A DNA stretch of 64,000 bases, from assembly GCA_963770895.1 (NCBI GenBank), contig CAVYRF010000001.1, forward strand, positions 2,144,001 to 2,208,000. The letters are read 5' to 3'. The translations under genes and the position numbers were made by a program. The notes beneath the pieces are model-generated. The model had not been told where the DNA came from, did no database searches, and saw only the letters and a list, made by a program, of their open reading frames with translations. Numbering within the stretch: the first letter of the stretch is position 1; the number at the start of each line of letters is the position of its first letter. Below are positions 10,101-46,800 of this stretch, piece after piece. The DNA is from an uncultured Acidobacteriota bacterium. GTDB taxonomy: Bacteria; Acidobacteriota; Thermoanaerobaculia; Multivoradales; UBA5704.

Positions 10101-13100
10101 CGGCGATCCGCGCCAGCGCGCTCGGCCGCCGGATCGCCGAGGTCGAGGTGATCGAGCAGACCCACTATCCCCTCACCCTGACCATCGTGCCGGGCGGCGA
10201 CCGGCTGCTCCTCTCCCTGGGCTACGACCGCGCCCGCTTCGACGCGACGACCGTGGAGCGCCGCCTGGGGCATCTGCAGGGTCTGCTGGCCACGCTCGCG
10301 GCGTCCCTGCAGAGCGGCACGGCCGGCGAGGGCGAGGAGCGGCTGGCGGCCATCGGCCTGCCGCTCTCCGCGGCGGAGCGGCAGCAGCTCCTGCGCGAGT
10401 GGAGCGATGCGGCGCCCGTCGCCGGCGGGGCGACCCCGGTGCACGAGCTCTTCGCGGCGCAGGCGGCGCGGCGTCCGGACGCGGTGGCGCTGGTCTGCGG
10501 CCACCAGGTGCTGACCCACGGCGAGCTGGCGCGCAGGTCGCGCCGCATGGCGCGCCGGCTGGCGGAGCTCGGGGTCGGGCCGGGCGTGCTGGTGGGGCTC
10601 TGCGCCGAGCGCTCGCCCGAGCTCATCCTGGGAGTGCTGGCGATCCTCGCGGCCGGCGGGGCCTACCTGCCGCTCGACCCCGCCCATCCCACGGAGCGCC
10701 TGGCGTACACGCTCGCCGACGCGGGGGCGCCGGTCCTCCTGGCCGCGGAGCATCTGCGCGAGCGCCTGCCGGCGGGCGCCGCGCGGGTGGTCGGCCTGCA
10801 CGCGCTCGCCGGCGGCCGGGAGGCCGCCGGCGAGGTCCCCGCCGCCGCCGCCCGCGTCGGTTCATCCTGTATGACATCGGGCGACCTCGCCTACGTCATC
10901 TACACCTCGGGATCGACCGGCCGGCCGAAGGGCGTCGAGGTCAGCCACGCCAACGTCGCGCGGCTCTTCGCCGTCCTCCGCCAGGCCTTCGCCTTCGGTG
11001 CCGACGACGTGTGGACGCTCTTTCACTCGATCGCCTTCGACTTCTCGGTGTGGGAGCTGTGGGGGGCGCTCGCCTTCGGCGGCCGGCTCGTCGTCGTGCC
11101 GAGCGAGACGGCGCGCTCGACCGAGGCGTTCTACGAGCTGCTGCGGCGGCAGCGGGTGACGGTGCTCAGCCAGACGCCCTCGGCCTTCCGGCAGCTCCTC
11201 TGGGCCGAGGAGTCGGCCCTGGCGCGCGGCGAGGCGATGGTTTCGGATCTGCGCCTGGTGGTCTTCGGCGGCGAGGCGCTGGATTCTCCGTCGCTCGCCC
11301 CGTGGCTCGAGCGCCACGGCGAGGAGCTGCCGCTGCTGGTCAACATGTACGGCATCACGGAGACGACGGTGCACACGACCTGGCGGCGGCTGCGGCACAG
11401 CGACCTGTCGCGGCCGGGCAGCGCCGTGGGCCGGCCGCTGTCCGACCTCGCGCTCCACCTGCTCGACGCCGGCGGCCGGCTGGTGCCGATCGGCGTGCCG
11501 GGGGAGATCCACGTCGGCGGCGCCGGGGTCGCCAGAGGATATCTCGCCCGCCCCGCCCTCACCGCGCAGCGCTTCGTGCCCGATCCCTTCGCCGGCGGAA
11601 CCGGGGGCGGGCGCCGGCTCTACCGCTCCGGCGACCTGGCGCGCTGGCGCGCCGACGGCGACCTCGAATACCTCGGGCGGATCGACCGCCAGGTGAAGGT
11701 GCGCGGCTACCGCATCGAGCTCGGCGAGATCGAGGCGGCGCTCGCCGAGCACCCTGGGGTGCGCGAGGCGGCGGTTCTGGCGCGCGAGGACCGCCCGGGC
11801 GACGTGCGGCTGGTCGGCTACGTGAGCTCCGCGGCCGCGCCCGGTCCAACGCCCCAGGCGCTCGCCGCCTTCCTCGCCGAGCGGCTGCCCGGCTACATGG
11901 TGCCGGCGGCCTGGGTGCTCCTCGATCGGCTGCCGCTCACCGCCAACGGCAAGGTGGACCGCGCGGCCCTCCCGGCGCCCGAGGAGCGCGCCAGCGGCGG
12001 AGCGTACCTGGGGCCGCGCAGCCCGGTCGAACAGGTGCTCGCCGGGATCTGGGAGGAGGTGCTCGCGCGACAGGGCGTGGGAGTGGAGGACGACTTCTTC
12101 GCCTTGGGCGGCCACTCGCTCGTCGCGGCACAGGTGACCTCGCGGGTGCTCAAGGCGTTCTCCGTGGACGTGCCGCTGCGCCTTCTCTTCGAGCGCCCGA
12201 CCGTGGCGGCGTTGGCCGCGGAGGTCGAGCGGCTGCGGGGGAGCGGCGCGACCGCCGGGGCACCGCCGCTCGTGCGGGCGCCCCGCGGCACCGAGGCGCC
12301 GCTGTCGTTCACCCAGGAGCGGCTCTGGCTCTTCGACCAGCTTTCGCCGGGCAACACGGTCTACAACATGCCGCTCGCGCTGACGCTCCGCGGCGCGCTG
12401 TCGGTGCCGGCGCTCGCCGCGGCGCTCGCCGCCGAGGTCGACCGCCACGAGGCTCTGCGCACTCGCTTCGTCGCGGTCGGGGGCAAACCCCTGCAGCGCA
12501 TCGACCCTCCCTGGCGGCCGCCCCTGCCGCTCGTGGACCTGGGCGGCCTGCCGCCCGGCGCGGCGGGGCGCGAGATGGCGCGCATCGCCGCGGCGGATAG
12601 GACAGTCCCGTTCGATCTCGCGCGCGGGCCCCTCCTGCGCGCGGTCCTCCTCCGCCTGGAGGAGGAGGCATTCATCCTTCTCCTGACCTTCCACCACATC
12701 GTCTCGGACGGCTGGTCGCTGCAGATCCTGGCGCGCGAGCTGACGGCGCTCTACCGGGCCGCGCAGGCCGGCGAGCCGTCGCCGCTCCCCGAGCTCCCCA
12801 TCCAGTTTCGCGACTTCGCCATCTGGCAGCGAGCGTGGCTCCAGGGCGAGGGGCTCGAGCGCCTCCTGGGCGCCGCGGTCACGCGGCTCGCCGGCGTGCC
12901 GCGCCTCGACCTGCCCATCGACCGCCAGCCGGACGAGCGACGCTACTTCCGCTCGGGCGTCCTGCATTTCGAGCTCGACGTCGCCCGCACCGCCAGCTTG
13001 AGCGACCTGTCGCGCCGCCAGGGGGCGAGCCTCTTCATGACGGTCCTCGCCGCCTACACGGGCCTCCTCCGCCGGCACACCGGCCGGGGCGACTTCGCGG

Positions 13101-13960
13101 TCGCGACCACCACCGCGGGCCGCACCCGCGCCGAGATCGAGCCGCTCGTCGGCTACTTCATCAACAACCTGATCATCCGCGCCGCGGCGGCGGGCGACCC
13201 CGGTTTCGGCGAGCTCCTCGCACGGACGCGCCTGGCGACCCTCGCCGCCTACGACCAGCAGGACCTGCCGTTCGCCTTCATCAACCAGGCGTTGCGCGCG
13301 GAGCGGCCGGGGGAGCCGCCCCTCCTCGAGGTCCTCTTCGTCTGGCAACAGCCGACGCTGGAGATCGCGATCCCCGGCGCCGAGGTCGCGCCGTTGCCGA
13401 TCGAGGTGGCCCTGAGCAACACCAACTTCGCCCTCGCGCTCGACCTGGTCGAAGCCGACGGCCGCCTGCAGGGGACCTTCTCCTACAACCAGGCGCTCCT
13501 CGACCCCGCGACGGCCCTGCGCTGGCGGGGGCATCTCGAGGCGCTCCTGGCGGGCGCGGCGGCGGCCCCGGCGCGGCCGCTCAGCGAGCTGCCGCTCCTC
13601 TCCGCGGCCGAGCGCCATCAGGTGACGGTCGAGTGGGGTGAGGCGGTGCGCCGCGACGGCGGCCCGGCGCCGATCGGGATCTGGGGCGAGCTGGCGGACG
13701 CGCCGGCCGGCGGGCGCGCCCGCCGCCGCGCCGACGGCACCCTGGAGACGGGCGCGCCGGCGCCCGCCGCCCCAGCCGAGCCGCAGGCCGCCGCCGCGTC
13801 CACGGCGGCCGCGGCGGCCGCGCCCGTGGGGCTCGGCGCGCCGGCCCGGCGCCTGGAATCGCTCTCGCTCGCCCAGCGGAAGCTCCTCGCGAAGCGCATC
13901 CGCGGCGAGGCCGGCTCCGGCGGCGCGCCGGCCGGCGGGAGCCGCCAGGGAGATTCATGA
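4199..13960 (+). CDS. NRPS1: C(DCL)-A(Thr)-T-E-C(DCL)-A(Thr/allo-Thr)-T-C(LCL)-vestigial A remnant
   Basis: Start MRNLEDVYALSPLQEGILFH (DCL-type N-terminus) and HHLLLDGWS. A codes DFWNIGMVHK and DFWSVGMVHK. T GGDSI precedes an E domain (HHLAVDGVSW, EGHGRE, RSVGWFT, FNYLGQ). Second T is GGHSL. Terminal C is HHIVSDGWS. The ORF track's 46-codon upstream extension crosses the promoter gap and is probably not translated. Confidence 0.95.
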   Translation: MRNLEDVYALSPLQEGILFHSLYAPESGVYVEQLSCALVGPLDAAAFARAWERVIERHAVLRTAFVWKSQKRPLQAVQRAVALPLASEDWSHVAAGEREARFAGFLAEDRRRGFEAARAPLLRIVLLRFGAGEHRLVWTFHHLLLDGWSLPLVLSEVLLFYAAFAAGRDLALPAPRPYRDYIKWVERQDLAAAETFFRRALAGFTEPTEVGLPRPVAVPNDANDANDAGGTAAERQRRDRDDCKRTLGGERHARLAAAARRHRLTLNTLLQGAWASLLGRYAGERRSADDVVFATTVSGRGIPLAGIESMIGLFINTLPVRAPLDPLAEVGDWLAGLQESQLARQAFETTPLPRIQGWSELPPGTPLAASLFVFENYPQPIMPRDGTVALGEVRFRERTSYPLTAIAAPAGEDLELRLAWDPEHHDAATAARLLAHWENLLAALGEALGAAPGSAGPRLGDLPMLSPAERQQMVAEWNPRPPADLAGLPLHQRFAAQAARTPDAVALTAPPSAPGEREGGGELTYGELAGRAGRLAAVLRRRGVGAESLVAICLERSLDLVVALLAVLEAGGAYLPLDPAYPPERLGFMVDDSGARLLVSRPELAARLPPHGAQLVAADAGEGGAEDAPQAAAPPGSGTGSGGGADAAGDHLAYVIYTSGSTGRPKGVAVTHGDVSRLLAATRPLFGFGPDDVWTLLHSYAFDFSVWEIWGALAHGGRLVVVPQAVSRAPEELLRLLAAERVTVLNQTPGAFAQLAPAALAGGDGLPDLRLVIFGGEALDPAILAGWFGRFGDNRPRLVNMYGITETTVHATWRPLGSADLAAAASPIGRPLAHLQVYLLDRRGRLVPQGVAGEMHVGGAALARGYLGRPELAAARFLPDGFGAGRGARLYKTGDLARWRPDGELEFLGRADRQVKIRGHRVELGEVEAALAACPGVRAAAVVARERDGVRRLVAYVAAPAERTAADLRTRLARTLPEPMLPAAIVRLEALPLTPNGKVDLRALAALPALEDAEGAAAARAGAAERIAPRGAVEELLAGLWAEVLRLPEVGVHDNFFALGGDSILSLQIVARAGQAGCRITPRQLFEHPTIAGLAAAIEQSSPQIAGQPGAREEDEGAGEVPLTPIQRWFLDREPADPDHFNQALLLAVRPPPPAPPAALPRAIAALVAHHDALRLRFRREQGRWRQRRLAPQPAAPPATPATPATPATPGIGGRQELVRIDLSGLAEQRVPTAVTAAAAAAQHSLDLAAGPVLRALWLDLPAGEARLFLAVHHLAVDGVSWRILLDDLATAWRQIGRGEPVRLAPRTASFRRWAERLAEQARTMAAEPAAAEIAFWLAQTAPPPEALLAPPAPPEAAAPDTVATAASVTVELGQEDTADLLRALPAAHGASIADALVAALAATLAGPGGAICIDLEGHGREQVGGDRGGDLDLSRSVGWFTSLYPVRLAPGDDPRPEAALAAVRRQLAAVPGRGLGYGLLRYLSEHPAAAALRDRPSSPVSFNYLGQLDAALPADSPFAAAGEPVGPSQSPRAGRSHALAVVALVAAGRLEVTWTYGAHRLAEEAVRRLAERLLARLRELAASARSRTQTLAPIPAADLARLPADLEDVYPLSPLQEGLLFHSLYAPGSGAYVEQLHATFEGDLDRAAFREAWRRIVAGMPVLRTSFHGDDLPRPLQAVHRQAAVEIVEEDWRPLAEPERQRRFAALVRADRLRGFDLARPPLLRWTLVRTGERAWRFLWSHHHALLDGWSYAALIGDFAACYEALAAGREPSLRARPPYRDFIAWLSLRDPAADDDFFGAYLAGFGAGSTAPTPLAADRPAPALDTAPDPAIALLRLSAAETAALHAAVRARGLTLNTLAQGAWALLLGRASGERDVVFGATVSGRPPELPGVEAMLGLFINTLPARVRLPDEAPVSSWLAGLQAAQAELRQHEAAPLVRIQGVSPVARGTALFDSVLVFENYPQAAIRASALGRRIAEVEVIEQTHYPLTLTIVPGGDRLLLSLGYDRARFDATTVERRLGHLQGLLATLAASLQSGTAGEGEERLAAIGLPLSAAERQQLLREWSDAAPVAGGATPVHELFAAQAARRPDAVALVCGHQVLTHGELARRSRRMARRLAELGVGPGVLVGLCAERSPELILGVLAILAAGGAYLPLDPAHPTERLAYTLADAGAPVLLAAEHLRERLPAGAARVVGLHALAGGREAAGEVPAAAARVGSSCMTSGDLAYVIYTSGSTGRPKGVEVSHANVARLFAVLRQAFAFGADDVWTLFHSIAFDFSVWELWGALAFGGRLVVVPSETARSTEAFYELLRRQRVTVLSQTPSAFRQLLWAEESALARGEAMVSDLRLVVFGGEALDSPSLAPWLERHGEELPLLVNMYGITETTVHTTWRRLRHSDLSRPGSAVGRPLSDLALHLLDAGGRLVPIGVPGEIHVGGAGVARGYLARPALTAQRFVPDPFAGGTGGGRRLYRSGDLARWRADGDLEYLGRIDRQVKVRGYRIELGEIEAALAEHPGVREAAVLAREDRPGDVRLVGYVSSAAAPGPTPQALAAFLAERLPGYMVPAAWVLLDRLPLTANGKVDRAALPAPEERASGGAYLGPRSPVEQVLAGIWEEVLARQGVGVEDDFFALGGHSLVAAQVTSRVLKAFSVDVPLRLLFERPTVAALAAEVERLRGSGATAGAPPLVRAPRGTEAPLSFTQERLWLFDQLSPGNTVYNMPLALTLRGALSVPALAAALAAEVDRHEALRTRFVAVGGKPLQRIDPPWRPPLPLVDLGGLPPGAAGREMARIAAADRTVPFDLARGPLLRAVLLRLEEEAFILLLTFHHIVSDGWSLQILARELTALYRAAQAGEPSPLPELPIQFRDFAIWQRAWLQGEGLERLLGAAVTRLAGVPRLDLPIDRQPDERRYFRSGVLHFELDVARTASLSDLSRRQGASLFMTVLAAYTGLLRRHTGRGDFAVATTTAGRTRAEIEPLVGYFINNLIIRAAAAGDPGFGELLARTRLATLAAYDQQDLPFAFINQALRAERPGEPPLLEVLFVWQQPTLEIAIPGAEVAPLPIEVALSNTNFALALDLVEADGRLQGTFSYNQALLDPATALRWRGHLEALLAGAAAAPARPLSELPLLSAAERHQVTVEWGEAVRRDGGPAPIGIWGELADAPAGGRARRRADGTLETGAPAPAAPAEPQAAAASTAAAAAAPVGLGAPARRLESLSLAQRKLLAKRIRGEAGSGGAPAGGSRQGDS

Positions 13961-13961
13961 G

Positions 13962-26657
<12,696 letters not shown>

Positions 26658-26658
26658 C

Positions 26659-27468
26659 ATGACCCACGACTGCCCCATCCTCGAATTCGATGCGGAGAGG
26701 TCGGCGCTGATCGAGCCCCACCACACGATCACGCCGGTATCGATCCCGGAGCTGGCGGTGGCGTGTTTCTTCAAGGACGTCGTGGACGACATCGTGCTGC
26801 GCGACAACCTGGTGCCGCTGACCACGCAGCGGAGCGAGATGGGGCAGCACCCCATCTACGAGATCACCTATCGCAAGCGCCGCATCGCCATCTTTCATGC
26901 CGGCGCCGGGGCGCCGATGGCCGCGGGTCTGCTCGAGGGCGCGATCGCTCACGGCGCCAGGGTGATCATCGCTTGCGGCGGCGCCGGGGTGCTCGATCCG
27001 GCGATCCCGATGGGACAGATCGTCGTGCCGACCGCCGCGATCCGTGACGAGGGCACCTCGTATCACTACCTCCCGCCCAGCCGCGAGGTGGCGGCGAATC
27101 CCCGCGGCCTCGAGATCCTCCGTGAGGTGCTCGAGTGCCAGGACAGTCCGTACCTGTTCGGCAAGACCTGGACGACCGACGCCGTCTTCCGCGAGACGCG
27201 CGCGAAGATCCAGGCGAGGCGGGCCGAAGGGGCGATCGTGGTGGAGATGGAAGCCGCCGCGCTCTTCGCCATCGGCGACTTCCGCCACGTCCTCGTGGCC
27301 CAGCTTCTCTACGCGGGAGACAACGTCGGAGGCGAGAGCTGGGACCATCGAGACTGGGGCGCGCAGAAATCGATCCGGAAGTCGCTCTTCTTTCTCGCTT
27401 GCGACGCTTGCTGCAGCGCGCCGAGCGTCGCGGCCTGTCACCCCCCGGCGGTCTCACTTCCTCCGTAG
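26659..27468 (+). CDS. Nucleoside phosphorylase (PNP/UDP phosphorylase family, uridine-phosphorylase-like)
   Basis: 269 aa with PILEFD, GAGAPMAAGLLE, ACGGAGVL, AIRDEGTSYHY, TWTTDAVFRET, VEMEAAALFA. Starts 1 nt after the NRPS2 stop. Confidence 0.9.
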   Translation: MTHDCPILEFDAERSALIEPHHTITPVSIPELAVACFFKDVVDDIVLRDNLVPLTTQRSEMGQHPIYEITYRKRRIAIFHAGAGAPMAAGLLEGAIAHGARVIIACGGAGVLDPAIPMGQIVVPTAAIRDEGTSYHYLPPSREVAANPRGLEILREVLECQDSPYLFGKTWTTDAVFRETRAKIQARRAEGAIVVEMEAAALFAIGDFRHVLVAQLLYAGDNVGGESWDHRDWGAQKSIRKSLFFLACDACCSAPSVAACHPPAVSLPP

Positions 27469-28413
27469 GATCGTGGCGATGTCGTGCTTATCCAGCGTGA
27501 GGTTCGCCGCCGCCACGATCGGATCGACCTGTTCAGGGCGCCGGAGGCCGGCGATGGCCCCGGTCACGGCCGGGTTGCGGAGGGTCCAGGCCACCGCGAC
27601 CGCCCCCGGCGTGGTGTCGTGGCGGGCGGCGACCAGCCGCAGCCGCTCCACCAGCTCGAGGCTCTGGGTGAGCTGGGGCTCGCGGAACCACTCGCTGTGC
27701 CCGCGCCAGTCGTCCGCGGGCAGCGCCGCGATCCGCTCCCGCGTCATCGCGCCGGAGAGCAGGCCGGAGGCCATCGGCGAGTAGACGATCATGCCGATCC
27801 CTTCCCGCTCGGCGACGGGGAGGATCTCCACTTCGATCCGACGGTCGATCAGCGAGTACGGCGGCTGCAGGGTCTCCACCGGCGCGATGGCCTGCGCTCG
27901 CCGAAGCTGTCTGGCGTTGAAGTTCGACACACCGATGTGGCGCACCACCCCGCGCTCCTTGAGCTCGGCGAGCGTCGACCAGCCCTCCTCGATCTCCTCA
28001 TCGGGGACCGGCCAGTGGATCTGGTAGAGGTCGATGGCCTCGACGCCGAGGCGCTCGCGGCTGCCCTCCACCTCGCTCTGCAGCGAGTCGCGCCGGAGGC
28101 TCCGTATCGTGGTCCTGTCCGGTCCCTCGGGCTGCCCGCCCTTGGTGAAGACGTAGGGGCGCGGTTCGAGGCCGGCCAGGGCGCGCCCGACGATCCGTTC
28201 CGAGTGCCCGAGGCCATACTGCGCCGCGGTGTCGATCCAGTTCACCCCGAGCGCCAGCGCGCGGTGGATCGCCGCGATCGAGTCCTCGTCATCCTGCGGT
28301 CCCCAGCCCCACTTGTAGCCACCGCCTCCGATCGCCCAGGCGCCGAAGCCGACGCGGGTGATCTTGAGACCGGTGGCGCCCAGCTCAGCCGTCCTCAGCG
28401 CCGTGGGCGTCAT
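27454..28413 (-). CDS. Aldo/keto reductase
   Basis: GFGAWAIGG, GVNWIDTAAQYG (catalytic Asp/Tyr), FTK, IDLYQIHWP, IGVSNF, QPPYSL, YSPMASGLL. GGAG RBS precedes ATG 28413. Overlaps the convergent phosphorylase by 15 nt. Confidence 0.93.
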   Translation of the reverse strand: MTPTALRTAELGATGLKITRVGFGAWAIGGGGYKWGWGPQDDEDSIAAIHRALALGVNWIDTAAQYGLGHSERIVGRALAGLEPRPYVFTKGGQPEGPDRTTIRSLRRDSLQSEVEGSRERLGVEAIDLYQIHWPVPDEEIEEGWSTLAELKERGVVRHIGVSNFNARQLRRAQAIAPVETLQPPYSLIDRRIEVEILPVAEREGIGMIVYSPMASGLLSGAMTRERIAALPADDWRGHSEWFREPQLTQSLELVERLRLVAARHDTTPGAVAVAWTLRNPAVTGAIAGLRRPEQVDPIVAAANLTLDKHDIATILRRK

Positions 28414-28512
28414 GGCGTCTCCTGTCAAACCGTAGTTGCAGCGGGCAACGATGGCCTGACGATAACTCTGACAGACTATCTTCCATCGACGTGAGCGCGC
28501 GGGGCGGGGCGC

Positions 28513-43602
<15,090 letters not shown>

Positions 43603-43830
43603 TCAGCCGCTGCCCGCAGGCCTGTAAGTCTTGAGAAATATTCTGTTTAGTAAGAGCAGTCGAGTCTCTCGCTTCGCTGATAGCACAGTGTCCAAAAAGG
43701 GCCAAACGTGACAGTGGCGTCACCGAGTTGTCACCGGCGCCCCATCCGCATAGGCTTGGCGGTCTCTCGAACGCATGCCGGGCACCCGATCGAGCGGCGA
43801 CGCTCGCGAGCTGATGACAAGATGAAACCC
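43603..43830. promoter_or_regulatory. Divergent promoter region between NRPS3 and NRPS4 with a candidate regulator site
   Basis: The most AT-rich stretch of the window. GTGAC-N6-GTCAC inverted repeat (43708-43723) and GTCACCG direct repeats at 43719 and 43730 (11-bp period). Confidence 0.55.
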
Positions 43831-46800
43831 ATGCCATCGCAGAGGACGCTCTCCACCGGCCGCCTCGCTGACTTGCAAAAGATCTTGAAGGGGCGCGGCA
43901 GCGGCGCGGGCCGAGTGCAGAGCGAGCCTCTGCGGCGCCGCGCGGGGAGCGGGCCGTGCGCGCTGTCGTTCGCCCAGGAGCGTCTGTGGTTCATCGATCA
44001 GCTGGAGCCCGGCAGCTCGCTCTACACGGTGCCGGTGCAGGCGCGCCTGGAGGAGAAGCCCAGGGTCGAGGTCCTGCGGCGTACGCTCGTCGCGATCGTC
44101 CGCCGGCACGAGGTCCTGCGCACCCGTTATGAGAGCGTGGCCGGCCGACCGGTCCAGGTGATCGACCGCGAGCCGGCAGGGGAGATCCTGCCGCTGGTCG
44201 ACCTGGGGGGATTGGCGGACGCCCGCCGCGGCAGGGAGCTGCGGCGGCTGGCGATCGAGGAGACGGATCGGCCGTTCGATTTGAGCCGGGGTCCGGTCTT
44301 TCGCGCGCTTCTGGTGCGTCTGGACCAGGAGGAGCACCGGCTGCTCGCCAATCTGCACCACATCGTCTGCGATGCGGCGTCGACCCAGGTGCTGCTGCGG
44401 GAGCTGTCCTCGCTCTACGCGGCGTTCTCGGCGGGCGAGGCTTCGCCGCTGCCGGAGCTTGCGGTGCAGTACGCCGACTATGCGGCGTGGCAACGGGCGC
44501 GGTTCGAGAGCGGGGGTGCGGCGGCAGAGCTCGCGTATTGGCGCGGCGCCCTGGGGGAGCACCCGCCGGTGCTGGAGCTCCCCACCGACCGGCCACGGCC
44601 GGCGGTACAGACCTGGCGCGGCGCGACGCGCTCGGTGGAGCTGTCCGGCGAGCTGAGCGCGTCGCTGGGCCGTTTGAGCCGGCAGTCGGGAGCGACGCTG
44701 TTCATGACCCTGCTGGCGGTGTTCGTGGGCCTGCTGCGGCGTTACAGCGCTCAGCCGGATCTATGCGTGGGCACACCGATCTCGGGCCGCCACCGGGTGG
44801 AGCTGGAAAATCTGATCGGTTTCTTCCTCAACACCCTGGTGATCCGCGTGGATTCGCCCGGGGACCCGCAATTCGCCGATCTCCTGGCCCTGGTGCGGGA
44901 GAGATCGCTCGCCGCGTTCGCCAACCGGGACCTGCCCTTCGAGAAGCTGGTCGAAGAGCTGCAGCCGAGCCGTGACCTGTCCCATTCGCCGCTGTTCCAG
45001 GTGCTGTTCGTGCTGCTGCACAGCGCGGCAACCCCCTCGTTTCCGGGCGGCCTGTGGCACGAGCCGGTTGCGGTGCGGACGTCGAAGTTCGACCTGACCG
45101 TGTCGGTCGAGGCGGCAACGTCGGGGATGGCGGTAGCGGTCGAGTACAACACCGACCTGTTCGACGGCGCCACGATGGCGCGTCTGCTCGATCACTTCGG
45201 CCACCTGGCGGCGGCAGTGGCTGTGCAGTCGGAGCGGCGTCTGTCGGCCCTGCCGATGCTGGGCGAGGCGGAGCGGCAGTCGCTCCTCGTCGAGAGCAAC
45301 GACACGTCGTCCTCGTATGCCTGTGGGGGAGTGCACCGTCTGTTCGAGGCGCAGGTGGAGCGTGCGCCGGAGGCGACGGCCCTGGTGTGGGAGGCAGAGA
45401 CCCTCAGCTATGGCGAGCTGGATCGGCGCGCGGGACGGTTGGCGCGCCGGCTCGTCGAGCTGGGCGTGGGCGCGGAGTCGCGGGTGGGTCTGCAGCTCGG
45501 GCGGTCGGCGGACCTTTCGATCGGCCTGCTGGCGATCTTGAAGGCGGGTGGCGCCTACGTGCCGATCGATCCTCTCTATCCGCCGCAACGTCGGGAGCTG
45601 ATGCTGGCCGATGCCCAGGTGTCGGTGCTGCTGACCCGGGAGAGCCTGGCGTGCGAGCTCTCGGGCGGCTATTCGCTGCTGTGCCTGGACCGTGCGCCGA
45701 GGGGCTCCGCGCTGCACGGTTCGTGGAGCCCGGTGGAGGTCGCCGACTCGAACCTTGCCTACGTGATCTATACCTCGGGTTCGACGGGCCGCCCGAAGGG
45801 GGTGAGCCTGGCGCATGGAGCTCTGCGCAACCTGATCGAGTGGCACCTCGCGACTCTGCTCGGCGGCGCTCGGACGCTGCAGTTCGCCTCGGTGAGCTTC
45901 GACGTGAGCTTCTGCGAGATGTTCGCCTGCTGGGGCTCGGGCGGAACGCTGTACCTGATCTCGGAGGAGGCTCGCCGCGACGTGGCGATGCTGGGTCGGT
46001 ACCTGGTGAGCCGGGGTCTGGAGAAGGTGATCCTGCCGGTGGTGGTTCTGCAGCAGCTGGCCGAGCAGTTCGGTCGCGGCGGGGATCTGCCGCCGCTCCT
46101 GGAGGTGACGACGACGGGCGAGCAGCTGCAGACGACGCGTGCGATGGGCGAGCTGTGCGAGCGCCTGGGCGCGTGCGCGTTCCACAACCATTACGGTCCT
46201 TCCGAAAGCCACGTGGTGACGGCGTACCGTCTGGGGCGGGAGCCCGGGGAGTGGCTGACCCATCCGTCGATCGGGGTACCGATCGGCAACAGCTCGACCT
46301 ACACGCTGGATGGCAGTCTGGCGCCGGTGCCCACGGGAGTGGCCGGGGAGCTCTATCTGGGCGGGGTCTGCCTGGCTCGCGGCTACCTGGGCCGGCCGGA
46401 TCTGACGGCGGAGCGTTTCGTGCCCCACCCGTTCAGCGAGCCGGGCGGGGAGCGCCTGTACCGGACGGGGGACAAGGTTCGCCGCCTGGTGGACGGCACG
46501 CTGGACTTCCTGGGCCGCTTCGACCATCAGGTGAAGGTGCGGGGATTCCGGGTGGAGCTGGAGGAGGTCGAGTCGGTGCTGGGCCGCCACCCGGAGGTTC
46601 TGCACACGGTGGTGATCGCGCGGGAGATGGGAGTCGGCGATCGCCGCCTGATCGCGTACGTGGTGCCGTCGCGAGCAGAGACCGACGCGGCGGCGTGGCG
46701 CCGGTACCTGCAGGAGCGGCTGCCGGAGTACATGGTGCCGTCGTGGTTCGTGGTTCTGGAGTCTCTGCCGCTGACGCCGAACGGGAAGGTGGACCGCCGG

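Noticed and set aside
13638-13961. 108-codon N-terminal extension of NRPS2 overlapping the end of NRPS1
   Set aside because: Low-complexity off-frame sequence. The ATG at 13962 directly follows the NRPS1 stop, with a GGGAGA purine-rich motif just upstream.
28461-28480. Imperfect inverted repeat GATAACTCTGACAGACTATC upstream of the aldo/keto reductase
   Set aside because: Weak symmetry and no U-tract, so it cannot be called a terminator or operator.
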